Assembly (NCBI RefSeq): GCF_006345805.1
Contig: NC_043006.1
Coordinates: 2,666,001 to 2,730,000, forward strand
Direction: 5' to 3'
From: Octopus sinensis
Lineage: Eukaryota
DNA: 64,000 nt
Part shown: one piece after another, positions 26,466 through 38,280 of the stretch
How the letters are laid out: each line of letters begins with the position of its first letter
Numbering within the stretch: position 1 is the first letter of the stretch
Translations under genes and position numbers: made by a program
The notes under the pieces: model-generated
Database searches by the model: none
Told to the model about the DNA's origin: nothing
The model's input: the letters and a program-made list of their open reading frames with translations, nothing else

Positions 26466-26905
26466 AAGAAAACAGAAAGTGGAGAAATATTGATGATAAA
26501 ACAATTGACTTACATTAATTATCGTTTATTAATTCAATACAAATAGACTGGATCCCATCTAACAGCTGTTTCAGCTTCCAATGTTGCATGGTATTGCCAT
26601 ACATCATTGGAAGCTGAAACAGCTGTTAGATGGGATCCAGTCTATTGTATTGAATTAATAAACGATAATTAATGTAAGTCAATTGTTGTTCATCAATATT
26701 TCTCCACTTTCTGTTTTCTTTAAATTTTGACTCCTGATAAATTCATGTTTATCCTTGTCTTTACCTATAATTCATGAGCGTAATATGTTTGCATATGTAA
26801 GTCCATGGTTAAACATAGGTAACATACTGGTAGTGTAATGGATACTTCTGTCCCTTAGATGGTTATTTTAACCTCTAACTCAGCTAAGCTTTCATATATA
26901 TCATC
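26466..26905 (+). mobile_element. Penelope-like pseudo-LTR remnant: inverted arm + direct arm + 3' tail, between TA-rich tracts
   Basis: Arms 26466-26583 and 26605-26720 are near-perfect reverse complements. They contain the 3' half of an HHR (GAAA C AGCT GTT); unique tail to ~26905, then (TA)n. Confidence 0.65.
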
Positions 26906-27150
26906 ATATATATATATATATATACATATATATAATACAAATAAGAAAATGGAGAAACAAATTTAGTTTGTTCATCAACTTTCGGATATTAGAATGTTGG
27001 ATTATTTATTAATTTGATAAAATGAGAACCTCAATAGCATACATATATATCTTATAATTCAATACATGTAAGATAAGAATACAAATTATAAAAATCATAA
27101 TATAAATTATTGAAATCATTAAAATCACTCCTTACAGCTTAAAATGGCTT

Positions 27151-27185
<35 letters not shown>

Positions 27186-27187
<2 letters not shown>

Positions 27188-27420
27188 AAACAAGAAAACA
27201 CATATATATATATAATCCAAACAAGAAAACACAAAAAAACACAACAACGCGAGGACATGGAACAAATATAGTATTATTGGATGCTCAGGAATGAAGGGAA
27301 GAAGGAGGGTTTAACGTTTCGAGTGGAGCTCTTCATCGGAAACATAGGAGAAGGAAAGATCCCGAGAAGGGGAGACAGGAAAAAATCGCCAACGCTACAC
27401 ACGAGGTCACATTTTGAAAA
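27186..27420 (-). mobile_element. Short (TA)n-embedded element with a minimal HHR motif (family C; other copies 58441-58626 + and 50156-50208 +)
   Basis: Minus strand 27343-27309: GTTT CCGATGA A GAGC TCC ACTC GAAACGTT AAAC. Confidence 0.7.
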
Positions 27421-28192
27421 GTATATATATATATATATATATACACGTGTGTGTGTGTGTTTGTACTCCACCACTGATTGACAACTGGTGATGGTGTGTT
27501 TACATCCTGTAACTTAGCAGTTTGGCAAAAGAGTCTGATAAAATAAATATCAGGCTTAAAGAAGAAAAAGTACTGGTGTCGATTCATTCCACTAAAGTTC
27601 TTCAAAGCAGTGCCCCAGCATGGTCACAGTCTAAGGACTGAAACAAGTAAAAGATAAATAAGTATGGAAACCTTTGTGCTTCCATGCTTTCCAGCCACTT
27701 TATTTTCCCAGACCATACTTAGGATTTATACAAGAGGTTTACCTGTCCTAATAGGACAGGTAACTTTGCAAGTATACTTCTGCCATCATGTTTAGTATTG
27801 TATACATGCATTAATTGTATTTTTACATTTATCAAATTTCTTATGCTTATGATGAAATGAATACTAATTTGTAAAAGAAAAGTATTTCTGTAAAATCAAA
27901 TCAAATTAAACAATATTTAAAATGGGAAAAAATTTTTTTAATGTTAATAGAATTAGTCTCTGTGTTGGTTTTATATTAAGAAGATCATACCCACCCCCAC
28001 CCCCCTCTCTTTCTCCATGTATATGTGCTTGTGTATGTGTCTACATATATAAGTACACACACATTTATAAGTGTTTGTATGTACTTTTGTATGTATGGAT
28101 ATATCTATATATTTCTACTCACACACACACACACATATACATAAGTACATATATATTTATATGTATATGTACTTATGTATGTGTGTATAAAC

Positions 28193-28265
<73 letters not shown>
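28193..28265. repeat. (CTAT)n tetranucleotide microsatellite
   Basis: Directly visible. Confidence 0.97.
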
Positions 28266-28267
<2 letters not shown>

Positions 28268-28908
28268 CCCTCTCTTTCTCCTGTGTCACTGACCCTTTCT
28301 TTCTCACTGTGTGTGTGTGTGTGTGTGTAGCATTCATTTACTCATCGTCTTCTACCAGGCCTTGTCTGTGCACCCATTTTGCATCCCTTGGGTGAATTCT
28401 CCTGTCCCCTCTTTCTGTACAATGTCAAATGTGACTGAAGAAATCTACCAACAAACCAATCAATATTTATAATATATAGACATGCATTTGTAACAGACTT
28501 TTTGCCATTGAACCTGCTTTTGTTCTGTCCATTGTCTTCATTGCAGAGCAGAGCCAACTTTATCATTTGTGGCAAATTACCTCAGTTATTATCACTGACC
28601 TTTTTAGGTAATAAAAATGTCACCCAAGTCTTTGAATATTTGAAAATTACCCGAATTGTTGGTGGATTGCTTCCACTGCCTGGTAGCTGCTGTTGCCATC
28701 TTGAGTTTCATTGTATTTACTTGTCAAATTGCATTTTGCCAGCTTTTCCGGTTACCACAGTTTCAATGACACGTATTGGGAAAATATTTTCTAATTCAAT
28801 ATCGCAGTCAGTCTGTGTGTGAAGAACTAAAGTTGAAATAACTTCAGTTGTTGCTTTTCTGTTAATGTCTGCTTGTGCTTGCTTATTAGTGCTTGCATGT
28901 CACCATAT

Positions 28909-28981
28909 AATGGATCATAGGATGGATCATAGGATGGATCATATGATGGATCGTAGGATGGATCATATGATGGATCATAGG
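28909..28981. repeat. 12-bp minisatellite (ATGGATCATAGG/ATGGATCATATG) x6
   Basis: Directly visible. Confidence 0.92.
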
Positions 28982-29229
28982 AACTCCATAATTAGATGCA
29001 GTTACACATTTGTCAAATGTTCTTTTTACTTTGCTGCTAAGGGAAATTAATTTGTTTTGAAGGGGTTTTAGTTACATAAGTAATTATCATTAGATGCGAT
29101 GTAATACAGGTGCAGGCATTGCTGTGTTGTTAAGAAGTTTGCTTCCCATCTTTGTAGTCATTGGTGCCGTCTCACTGCATGCCACTCAAGTGTCTTCTAT
29201 AATAGCTCTCTGAAAGAAGCTCATTGGTT

Positions 29230-29678
29230 ATAGCTCCAACGTCTGGCAACTAACTTGGTTGACACCCACAAGATTACCCACCATCTTTCCAACGACAACC
29301 TCAGATAACCTTTATGAATTCCATTTATCTAATACTCATGGAGATGCTTACAAAATCAAAAAACAACACAGCACACATCACTTTCAGAAACATTTTTTTA
29401 ATGCTCAAAATTGCTGAGGCATGGAATAAACTACCTGCATCACTTGTTACATATCAGGGCACTACATCCTTCTAAACCTCCATGCTTCCTGAAATTTGCC
29501 AACAGTACACCTGAAGCCCACCATGCTGGTTTTTTTTTTTTTGTTAGACTTAGTCTCTGTTCCCTTCTTGTGCATATTCTATGAACTGTTCAAGCAATTT
29601 TGGTTATTTTTTCTGATGAGTTGTAGTGCACCTGAGCACTGTATACAATAAGCTCATCATTATTATTATTATTATTAT
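29230..29678 (+). mobile_element. 3' end of a CR1/L2-like LINE with (TAT)n tail, adjoining a SINE head at 29108-29220
   Basis: Translates across frameshifts to QKHFF...AEAWNKLPASLV, the typical CR1-group C-terminus. Confidence 0.65.
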
Positions 29679-29683
29679 ATACA

Positions 29684-30095
29684 AGTGCAGATGTGGCTGC
29701 GTGGTAAGAAGCTTGCTTCCTAACCATATGGTTCTGTGTTCAGTCCCAATGTGTGGCACCTTGGGCCAGTGGCTTCTACTATAACCTCAAGCCAACCAAA
29801 GCCTTGTGAGTAGATTTGGTAGATGAAAACTGAAAGAAGCATGTTGTATATATATATATATCTTTGTGTGTGTCTTTATGCCTGTGTTTGTTCCTTTCCA
29901 CTGCTTGACAACCGGTGTTGGTGTGTTTATGTCCCCATGATTTAGTGGTTCAACAAAAGAGACTAGTAGAATAAGTACCAGCCTTAAAAAAATAAGTACT
30001 GGGGTTGATTCATTTGACTAAACATTCTTCAAGGCGGTGCCCCAGCATGGCTGCAGTCCAATGATTGAAACAAGTAAAAGGTAAAAGAGATAAAA
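29684..30095 (+). mobile_element. SINE family 1
   Basis: Full match to family. Confidence 0.9.
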
Positions 30096-30469
30096 AGTGT
30101 GTGTGTGTGTGTGCACCTTTATCCATTACATGATGGTTGTAAATAAACTGTTTCCAGTCTTTCATTAAAACTATGTCCAGCTTTGGGAAAAATATTATTT
30201 TGTTTGGAGATAGTTAAGGGTTGGTGAGAGGAAGAGCACCCACTACAGAAAATCTCTCTCAACAAATTCTGTCTGACCCGTGCAAGCATGTGGTTATTAA
30301 ATACTGATGGTTTTGTTACAAAACTATGGGTGTTGTTAATTTACATAGTTACATAGTCCAACCCATGCTAGCATGGAAAACGGACGCTAAACGATGATGA
30401 TGATGATGATGATGCTGCATATTCACATCTGATTTATGAATATAAACTCATCACACATAATGACCTAGT

Positions 30470-30645
30470 CACAGGTGTGACTGCGTGGTAAGAAGCTTGC
30501 TTCCCAACCACATGGTTCCAGGTTCAGTCTCACTGCGTGGCACCTTGGGCAAGTAACTTCTACAATAGCTTCGAGCCGATCAAAGCCTTGTGAGTGGATT
30601 TGGTAGATGAAAACTGAAAGAAACCTGTCGTATGTATATATATAC

Positions 30646-30709
<64 letters not shown>

Positions 30710-30926
30710 GTGTGTGTTTTTGTGTCTGTATCTGTCCTCCATCACCACTTGGCAATCGGTGTTGGTGTGTTTATGTCTCTGTAACTTAGCAGTTCAGCAA
30801 AAGAGACTGATAGAATAAGTACCAGACTTAACAAAAATAAGTACTAGGGTCAATTTATTCGACCAAAAAATTCTTCAACGTGTTGCCCCAGCATGGCTAC
30901 AGTCTAATGGCTGAAACAAGTATAGG
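30470..30926 (+). mobile_element. SINE family 1 with expanded internal (TA)n
   Basis: Full match to family. Confidence 0.9.
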
Positions 30927-31244
30927 ATATATATTTAGATATATATGTGTGTGCACGTGTGTGTGTGTGTGTGTGTGTAAATGTGTATATGCACATTTCT
31001 ACATGTGGTCCTCTGTATCTTCATCCATACAGTAGAGTTTGAATAATTTGAGTTGCTCTCGCAGCATTGTTGACAGTTGCAAGCAACAATTCCAAATAAG
31101 GTGCGCAGGATTATTCCCCTTGTTTAAGCAGCACGAAGCAATGTTGTAAGCTGAGCTCAAAGCACCTTTTTTTGGTCTGTGACTCACCTTCTATGATATC
31201 TGTATATCTATACACACACACACAGAGTATATATGCATATATGT

Positions 31245-31614
31245 GCGCAGGAGTGGCTGTGTGGTAAGTAGCTTGCTTCCTAACCACATAGTTTCAGGTT
31301 CGGTCCCACTGCATGGCACCTTGGGCAAGTATCTTCTACTATAGCCTTGGGTCGACCAAAGCCTCGTGAGTGGATTTGGTAGGCGGAAACTGAAAGAAGT
31401 CGATTGTATATAGGGGAAGAATTTACAAAAAAGCAGAAGACAAAGACAGGTGGTGTAGAAAACAAACAGATGTATTAGTATAACACTCTGGAAGTGAAAA
31501 AGTCTTTAACGTTTCGAGCCTACGCTCTTCCACAGAAAGGAACAAAGAAAGAAACAAGGAGAGAAAATAAAGAATGTGTCGTGGTTAGTAAGATATGTAT
31601 ATGTGTGTGTGTGG

Positions 31615-31645
<31 letters not shown>

Positions 31646-31675
31646 TGTGTGTATGTGCGTGTGTGTGTGTGTGTG

Positions 31676-31717
<42 letters not shown>

Positions 31718-31953
31718 CATATATATATGTATATGTGGGTGTATGTATTCATTTGTGTGTCTGTGTTTGTCCCCTCAACATTGCTTGAGAACTGATGGTC
31801 GTGTGTTTACATCCCCGTAACTTAGCGGTTTGGCAAAAGTGACCAATAGAATAAGTCCTTACAAAGAATAAGTCCTGAGGTCGATTTGCTCGACTAAAGG
31901 CAGTGCTCCAACATGGCTGTAGTTGAATGACAAAAACAAATAAAAGAATAAAA
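31245..31953 (+). mobile_element. SINE family 1 with a family D HHR element nested at 31412-31593
   Basis: Head 31245-31410; tail resumes ~31750. Confidence 0.85.
31412..31593 (-). mobile_element. Short (TA)n-associated element with an HHR-like motif (family D; second copy 33176-33357)
   Basis: Minus strand 31539-31504: CTTT CTGTGGA A GAGC GTAG GCTC GAAACGTT AAAG. The two copies align end to end. Confidence 0.7.
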
Positions 31954-32840
31954 TAATATTTATATATATATATATATATATATGCACACACATATGTAAT
32001 GATATTGAAAATCTCATGAATATTTGTTGAGGACTTTTGGTGAAAAATACTTCATTACTACTATTTATGGCATGGCAGTGGTAGTGCATGTGTCTTAATA
32101 TTGAGTGTATGTGTGTATGTGTGTGTGTGTGTGTTTATGCAAAGAGAGAGAGAGAGAAAGAGATAGTTGTTGAAGCTTTGTGGTATCTCTTCAGGCCTTA
32201 CTTTCTGAGTTCAAATGCCACCAAGGTTGACTTTGCCTTTCATCCTTTTTGCAGTCAATAAAATGAGAACCTGTCAAGCAATGGGGTCACTATAGTTGGC
32301 TATTCCCTCCCACTAAATTTCAGACCTTGAGCATAGACTAAAAAGGAATATTTTGGTGGCAAGTGGAGTACGCTCTAAGAGTTTACTGTAATATCAGATA
32401 CAATATAATTTCTTCTTCAAGTTCCTCTGGGCAATTCTCTTTACCTTTCAGGATTTTTTTTTTCTTTTTGCATTAATAAAACTATTACTTGTAACATAAA
32501 AGAATTGAGTCATTTGGCTCCATCTGTTTTGGTTTGTATCTAAGAGAGAAATCTAAATTAGTTTTTGGAATAGCTGCTTTTTAAATATTATTTTGCAAAA
32601 CATGGTGACGTAAGAAAATGACTAATTTGGTTTTTAATGGTAAACGAAAAGTTTCTCAGCAGCAACATCAGTGAATGTCTGATTCTTTGGTGGTTGAACC
32701 TAGAACTGACTGTAGACATTTCATGAAAGTATTTTATAACAGTGAGTTCCATTTAGATTATTTTTGCTTTGCATCCTTCTGGCGTTACGAAGCAAACACT
32801 GGAAATATTCTTACGTTGACTGTATCCAACTCTCTATATA

Positions 32841-32877
<37 letters not shown>

Positions 32878-33143
32878 ACGTGCATGCACGTACCATCTTC
32901 AGGTGTTCTTACTACCGTTTTGATGATTTTCTTTCTTCACTTTCTGAAAATTTGTACAAATTATTTAATATCAGCTTAACTCTTCTTATCCCCACCAAGC
33001 CAAAAGGCTTCAAAGATTTAATTACATAGTCAGACCTCTGTAAATTGGTTTACATATACTCTTACTACATCTGACCTCTTCATCTAGTGCTTGTAAGTGC
33101 CTTCTGTCTATTTGTATATGTACTTACATAGATATATGTGTGA

Positions 33144-33176
<33 letters not shown>

Positions 33177-33804
33177 GGGGGAGAATTCACAAAAAAACAA
33201 AGATGAAGACAGGTGGTGTAGACAATAAACAGATGTATTAGTTTAACGCTTAGGAAGTGAAAAAGTTTTTAATGTTTCGAGCTTACACTCTTCCACAGAA
33301 AGGGACACAGAAAGAAATGAGAGAAAATAAAGAATGTGTAGTGGCTAGCGATCTATAAGTATATGTGTGTGTGCGTGTGTGTGTATATCTATCTATCTAT
33401 ATGTATATATATATATATCATCATCATCATCATCATCGTCATTTAGCGTCCGTTCTCCATGCTAGCATGGGTTGGACGGTTCAACTGGGGTCTGTGAAGC
33501 TGGAAGGCTTCATCAGGCCCAGTCAGATCTGGCAGTGTTTCTACGGCTGGATGCCCTTCCTAACGCCAACCACTCCGTGAGTATATATATATATATATAT
33601 ATATGTATATGTATATGTATATAAATATATGTATATATCAATTATGTACTTATATATTATATATTTGACTCCACTTTGTATTACCACATTGATAGACTGT
33701 GAGCTTTTATTTAGATAATATATCTAATATAACACCTTTATCATTGATTACATTAAGTCCTTCAAGTCTTCCTGTTTAGGTGAATTACTATCTATGAATA
33801 TGTA

Positions 33805-33836
<32 letters not shown>

Positions 33837-34211
33837 CTAGCAGTATCGCCCGGCGTTGCTCGGGTTTGTAAGGGAAATAACTATAAAGCATTTTTAGAGA
33901 GTTATAGCCAAAAAATGGAAAAAAAATTATGGTAAATTTTTTTTTTAGTTAAAAAGGTCGAGTTGCGTCCCCTAGACAGTCTGTGGTTTGTGTTTCTGAT
34001 TCTCGACCCCATGTCGAATTTATCGATATTTTTCAGAACTGGGAGAACTTTTCAAAATTTTCACTGCGTTAGTTTTGAATTATGACATTGGGCTATGTGT
34101 GTGTCAAGTTTCATCAGAATCGGTTGAATGCCGTGGTCAGGGTGAGGGTACAACCTAACAGACACACAGAAACACACACAGACAAACTGCCGTTTATATA
34201 TAGAGAGAAGA
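33837..34211 (-). mobile_element. Non-autonomous Helitron
   Basis: Minus strand begins A|TCTTCTCTCTATATATAAA and ends with hairpin CCCGAGCAACGCCGGG followed by CGATACTG CTAG|T: 5'-TC, 3'-CTAG, A/T target site. Confidence 0.8.
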
Positions 34212-34217
34212 TATATA

Positions 34218-34450
34218 TTATCCTTTAGCATTCAGATTATTCTGTCAAATGTAATGTTTGCTTATTCACAGGGTTTTGAATTAATCTTGCAGGATCTCAT
34301 AGCTTCAAGATTTCAACAATGATGATTTCAGTTGTTTATTTCAGGTGTTTGGAATGACATTGCAGGGTAGGTGTAGGACACCAAATGTGCTTGGTTTGAA
34401 CATTAAAAACGGGTGGAATATTTGAGCCAATTTATCTACTAAAGCGTTAA
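34218..34450. mobile_element. MITE-like repeat (same family as 12624-12842)
   Basis: Starts ttatcctttagcattcagatt and ends ctaaagcgttaa (degenerate TIR plus TTAA). Confidence 0.6.
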
Positions 34451-34874
34451 TATCCCATCACTCCTCCTCACTCTTATCTCTTTATATCACATATTCTTTT
34501 ATACTTTATCTAGTTTCTTAAACTCACCCCTATTCGTTTCAAAATGCCCAGGTATAGGGACTGCTTGATCTTTTGGGGTTGTAGTGTATCCTCAAATCAG
34601 GTATTTTTCAGTCTAGTTTTGGGTTTTATTTCAATTTTTGCTTTCCCTATGGCTGTTTGCATGACTTCTCTGCAGATCCTTCATTTAACATCCTTTGCCA
34701 GAGAGAAGTGGATTCTCTCCCAGTGTCCCAGTGATACCGGTTCTGGTTGAAAGGAAGATCTGCAAAATTGGGAGAGAGATAAACTCTATGAATAAATTGT
34801 CAGTCTGCTTTATACAATACACTGACTATCTAATTGGAAGGGGTCTTCTTTGTTTTATAACTGAGAGTAGCTAG

Positions 34875-34958
34875 AGTATATACATATATATATACAGACA
34901 TATATATATGTATATATATATATATATGTGTGTGTATATATGTATGTATATATATATG

Positions 34959-34997
<39 letters not shown>

Positions 34998-35177
34998 ATG
35001 TGTGTATGTATATATGAATGTATATATATGTGTATATATATATATACATATATATGTATATATATACATATATATATATACACATACATACATACATATA
35101 TATATATGTGTGTGTGTATATATATATAAATGTTCCACCCATACCTACCAGCATGGAAAGCAGACTTTAAATGATTA

Positions 35178-35212
<35 letters not shown>

Positions 35213-35265
35213 TACACATACACATACATACACACACATGTGTATATATGCTATACACACATATG
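34875..35265. repeat. Compound (TA)n/(TG)n microsatellite field
   Basis: Directly visible; source of the IY/CV ORFs. Confidence 0.95.
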
Positions 35266-37590
35266 TACTTGTACACTCCTTTGTTTTTAACACACATTTT
35301 TCCTTAGTCACATGGATAAGTTGTCTATATTATCGACATATTGTTTTACCCCTAGACGTTGTTCCTGTTCCAACCCTTACTGATTTTTCAAGTAAGGAAT
35401 CTCTTATTTTACGCATGTTGGCAGGGGAAAATAATCACTACTTGTTGGAGCTCAATGCTTTCTGGAGTTATGCAGATATGTGCAAAACACACAGACACAC
35501 ACATGCACTCAAACATATGCACTTATGTGTGTGTGCATATATATATAATATATGTGTGTGTGTGTGTGAGTGTTCAACATACACACAATTTCTGTCAACC
35601 CCATTTACTCTCATGGGTTTCTTTAGCCCAGCTCTATATAATAGAAGAGATTTGCCTGAGGTAGTAGAACTGAACTTCTTAACCTTATAACTATACCTGT
35701 GTGTGAGTGTACACACGCCCACACACACACACATACAAACACATATATAAATGTCTTGATGTATTGATGTGTGTTTTATATATCAATTGTCATAGGGACA
35801 ACCAAATTCTAATCAAAGGAGCAATGTTGACTTCACAGTCTAACTAGTAGCTGACCCCCAGCCCCTGCCCCAGACAACCAAACTCTAATCAAAAAAATAT
35901 TATTGACTTCAGAGTCTAAGTAGTAGTTGGCCTCCTCCTCCTCCTCCTCTTCCCTCCTCCTGACTTTCTCACCCTTCTCCTCATCATTTGATGCCTGCTT
36001 TCCATTATTGATTGGTTTGAATGGCTTATCAAGCTCCAACGGTTCAGAGGACCAGATCCTGTTCCCATGTCTAAGTTTTGTTTTGCATGGTTTCTACAGC
36101 TCAATGGCCTTCCTAATATCCACAACTTCATGGAGTGTACTGGGTGCACTTTTCATGGCACCTACCCTATAGAGCTTATTTTCCCTTTGCTACAACCAGA
36201 GAATCCTCTCAGCTTGACTAAATTATTTTGCCTTGGTCTACAAAATAGTTGTCTTTTCCTTACTGTTCAACTGAAGCATGGAAATGGGAACACCCTTCTC
36301 AAAGCAAGGGTTTCACAGTTAGGGATCTTAGTTTCAGTTGCTTTATCATGAAGTCACTTTTGGGTGTTTTATTTGACTTCATCATTTGAGAGGGAGGTTA
36401 TTCTGGGTAGGAGCCTTTCTGATTTTATACAAGTTAAAATATTCATACATTTATTTTGGCAGTATCAGTGCCATGCAATGTTTAGGCATAAGTGAACTTT
36501 AGGTTTCTTAAAATATATTTGTGACTGCATGTTTCTAAAGGCAAATTCACTGCAGCTACTTTGGAGAGAAAACATTCTCTCTTATGATAAAGAGGAGTGA
36601 ATTTCTTCTGACCTGGCCGCCGACTGGCAAAACTCAGTCAGTATTGTTGACTGTGTTTTCGTTAAAACCATAACTTTAATTAAGTCTACCCAGAGTTGCC
36701 TTTCTTCATTATTTCCCATTGATAATGGCTAGAATGTTAGAAATGCATTTGGGAATTAATTCAACAGGCGGCAGCACTGGACAGATATGGTATTTTTACA
36801 CTTTTCTTCTACCACAAGAGAGAATTTTTTCTCTGTGATAACCACAGTGATTTTGCCTTTAGAAGTTGAAATATGTCACAAACATATTTTAGCTAACCTA
36901 AAGTTCATTAACACATTTATTTGTTACAGTCAAAACAGTGGCATCTTGTCGGCAAAGAAAGGAGGATAAGGTAAAGTTGTAGTTTAATTTTTCATCCTCT
37001 AAAACATGAATGAGTCACGATAAAAGAAAATAGGAAATAGTGCTGTTGCATAAGCAAAGTGCAACTTACTCTCTTATCTCACAAGGAACCTAAATAGAAA
37101 ATGGTACATCCTGGTTTTAAAATTACTAAACTGCATAATTAGCGAGGATGAGATTAGTGGCTGCAGTGTTTGGTTATTGATAGCAACTCAGATGTCAAAA
37201 TGTTGCAGATTATGCTGACCTCTAATATTTGCATATTAACAGTGGTAGAGAGTAAGTAGAAACAGAAAAATTGTAGACTAGATGTATTATGGGATTGGGG
37301 CTGGTTGTATCTCTATTTTCAGCCCCAAACCCTGCCTCATTGAACTCTTCCTTTCTTCCCTTAATAAAATGAACACTAGTAGTAACAGCTTAGTTGAAAC
37401 TAGGTGCAGGCATTGGTTGTGTGATAAGAACTTTGCTGCCCAACCGCATGGTTTTAGTCTCACTGCATTGGAATCTTGGGCAAGTGTCTTCTACTACAGC
37501 CTCAGACAAACCAAAGCCTTGCGAGGATTGTCATTGACAAAAACTGAAAGAAGTTCATCACATATATATTTGTGTGTGTGTGTGTGTGAG

Positions 37591-38094
37591 TCATTATTCA
37601 GTTTTATTTCAAAATTTCTTGCCCGTAGAGAAGGAGCTGGTTTCTAACCTAGATCCAGGGCAACTTCATTGAAATTTCAACAACATCAACTGGGTATTTT
37701 TGCATGCATTTGTGTACATGTGCAGTATTTGCAACATGTGCAGATTTGTATGTTTCATTTTATGTATGTATTCTCATGCATATTGTTGCATGTCTAAAGA
37801 TGTGCATATATGATAAACTTCTGGAAAGTTTTACAAATTTTTACAGATCCGGTGATGGCTTGGATCCGTAATCTTTGAATCAGCTTTCTCCTTTCTGGTT
37901 TTGGGAAACCTAATTTCTCAAGATTGGTGCTTAGGCGGTGTGTTACATATTACAGTGCCCCAATAATTACGGGTATAATCTTGAACTGGGTAGAGTAATT
38001 GCAGATTTCACAATAGTTCAGCTTAGGTTTTTTTTTCTTTCTCATTTATCTTTAGCTTTATGTCAAGATCTGCTGGGCAGCTAATTTCCACTAC
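37591..38094 (-). mobile_element. 3' fragment of an R4/Dong-like LINE with restriction-like endonuclease domain
   Basis: Minus strand gives VVEISCPADLDIKLKINEK...AELL*NLQLLYP...IIPVIIGAL...LEKLGF...IQAITGSVKICKTFQKF, the PD-(D/E)xK RLE C-terminus of R4-clade elements. Confidence 0.75.
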
Positions 38095-38280
38095 ATACAT
38101 GCATTCATATGTGTGTGTGTGTGTGTCTCTATGTATGTATGGTGTTTGAAGTGGTGTACAGATATTGTATGTTGAGAAAAGGAGGCAGTCAGAATTTTGG
38201 ATAATCCTTTATTAGAGCTTTCATTTGTAACAAGCTTGTGAAGACAAAATCAAAATCAATATATATATATATATATATAT

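Larger units (their letters stand above)
25681..27658 (+). mobile_element. SINE family 1 split by ~1.6 kb of nested insertions in its internal microsatellite
   Basis: 5' half at 25681-25845; 3' half resumes at ~27447 and runs to the aaacaagtaaaagat tail. Confidence 0.8.
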
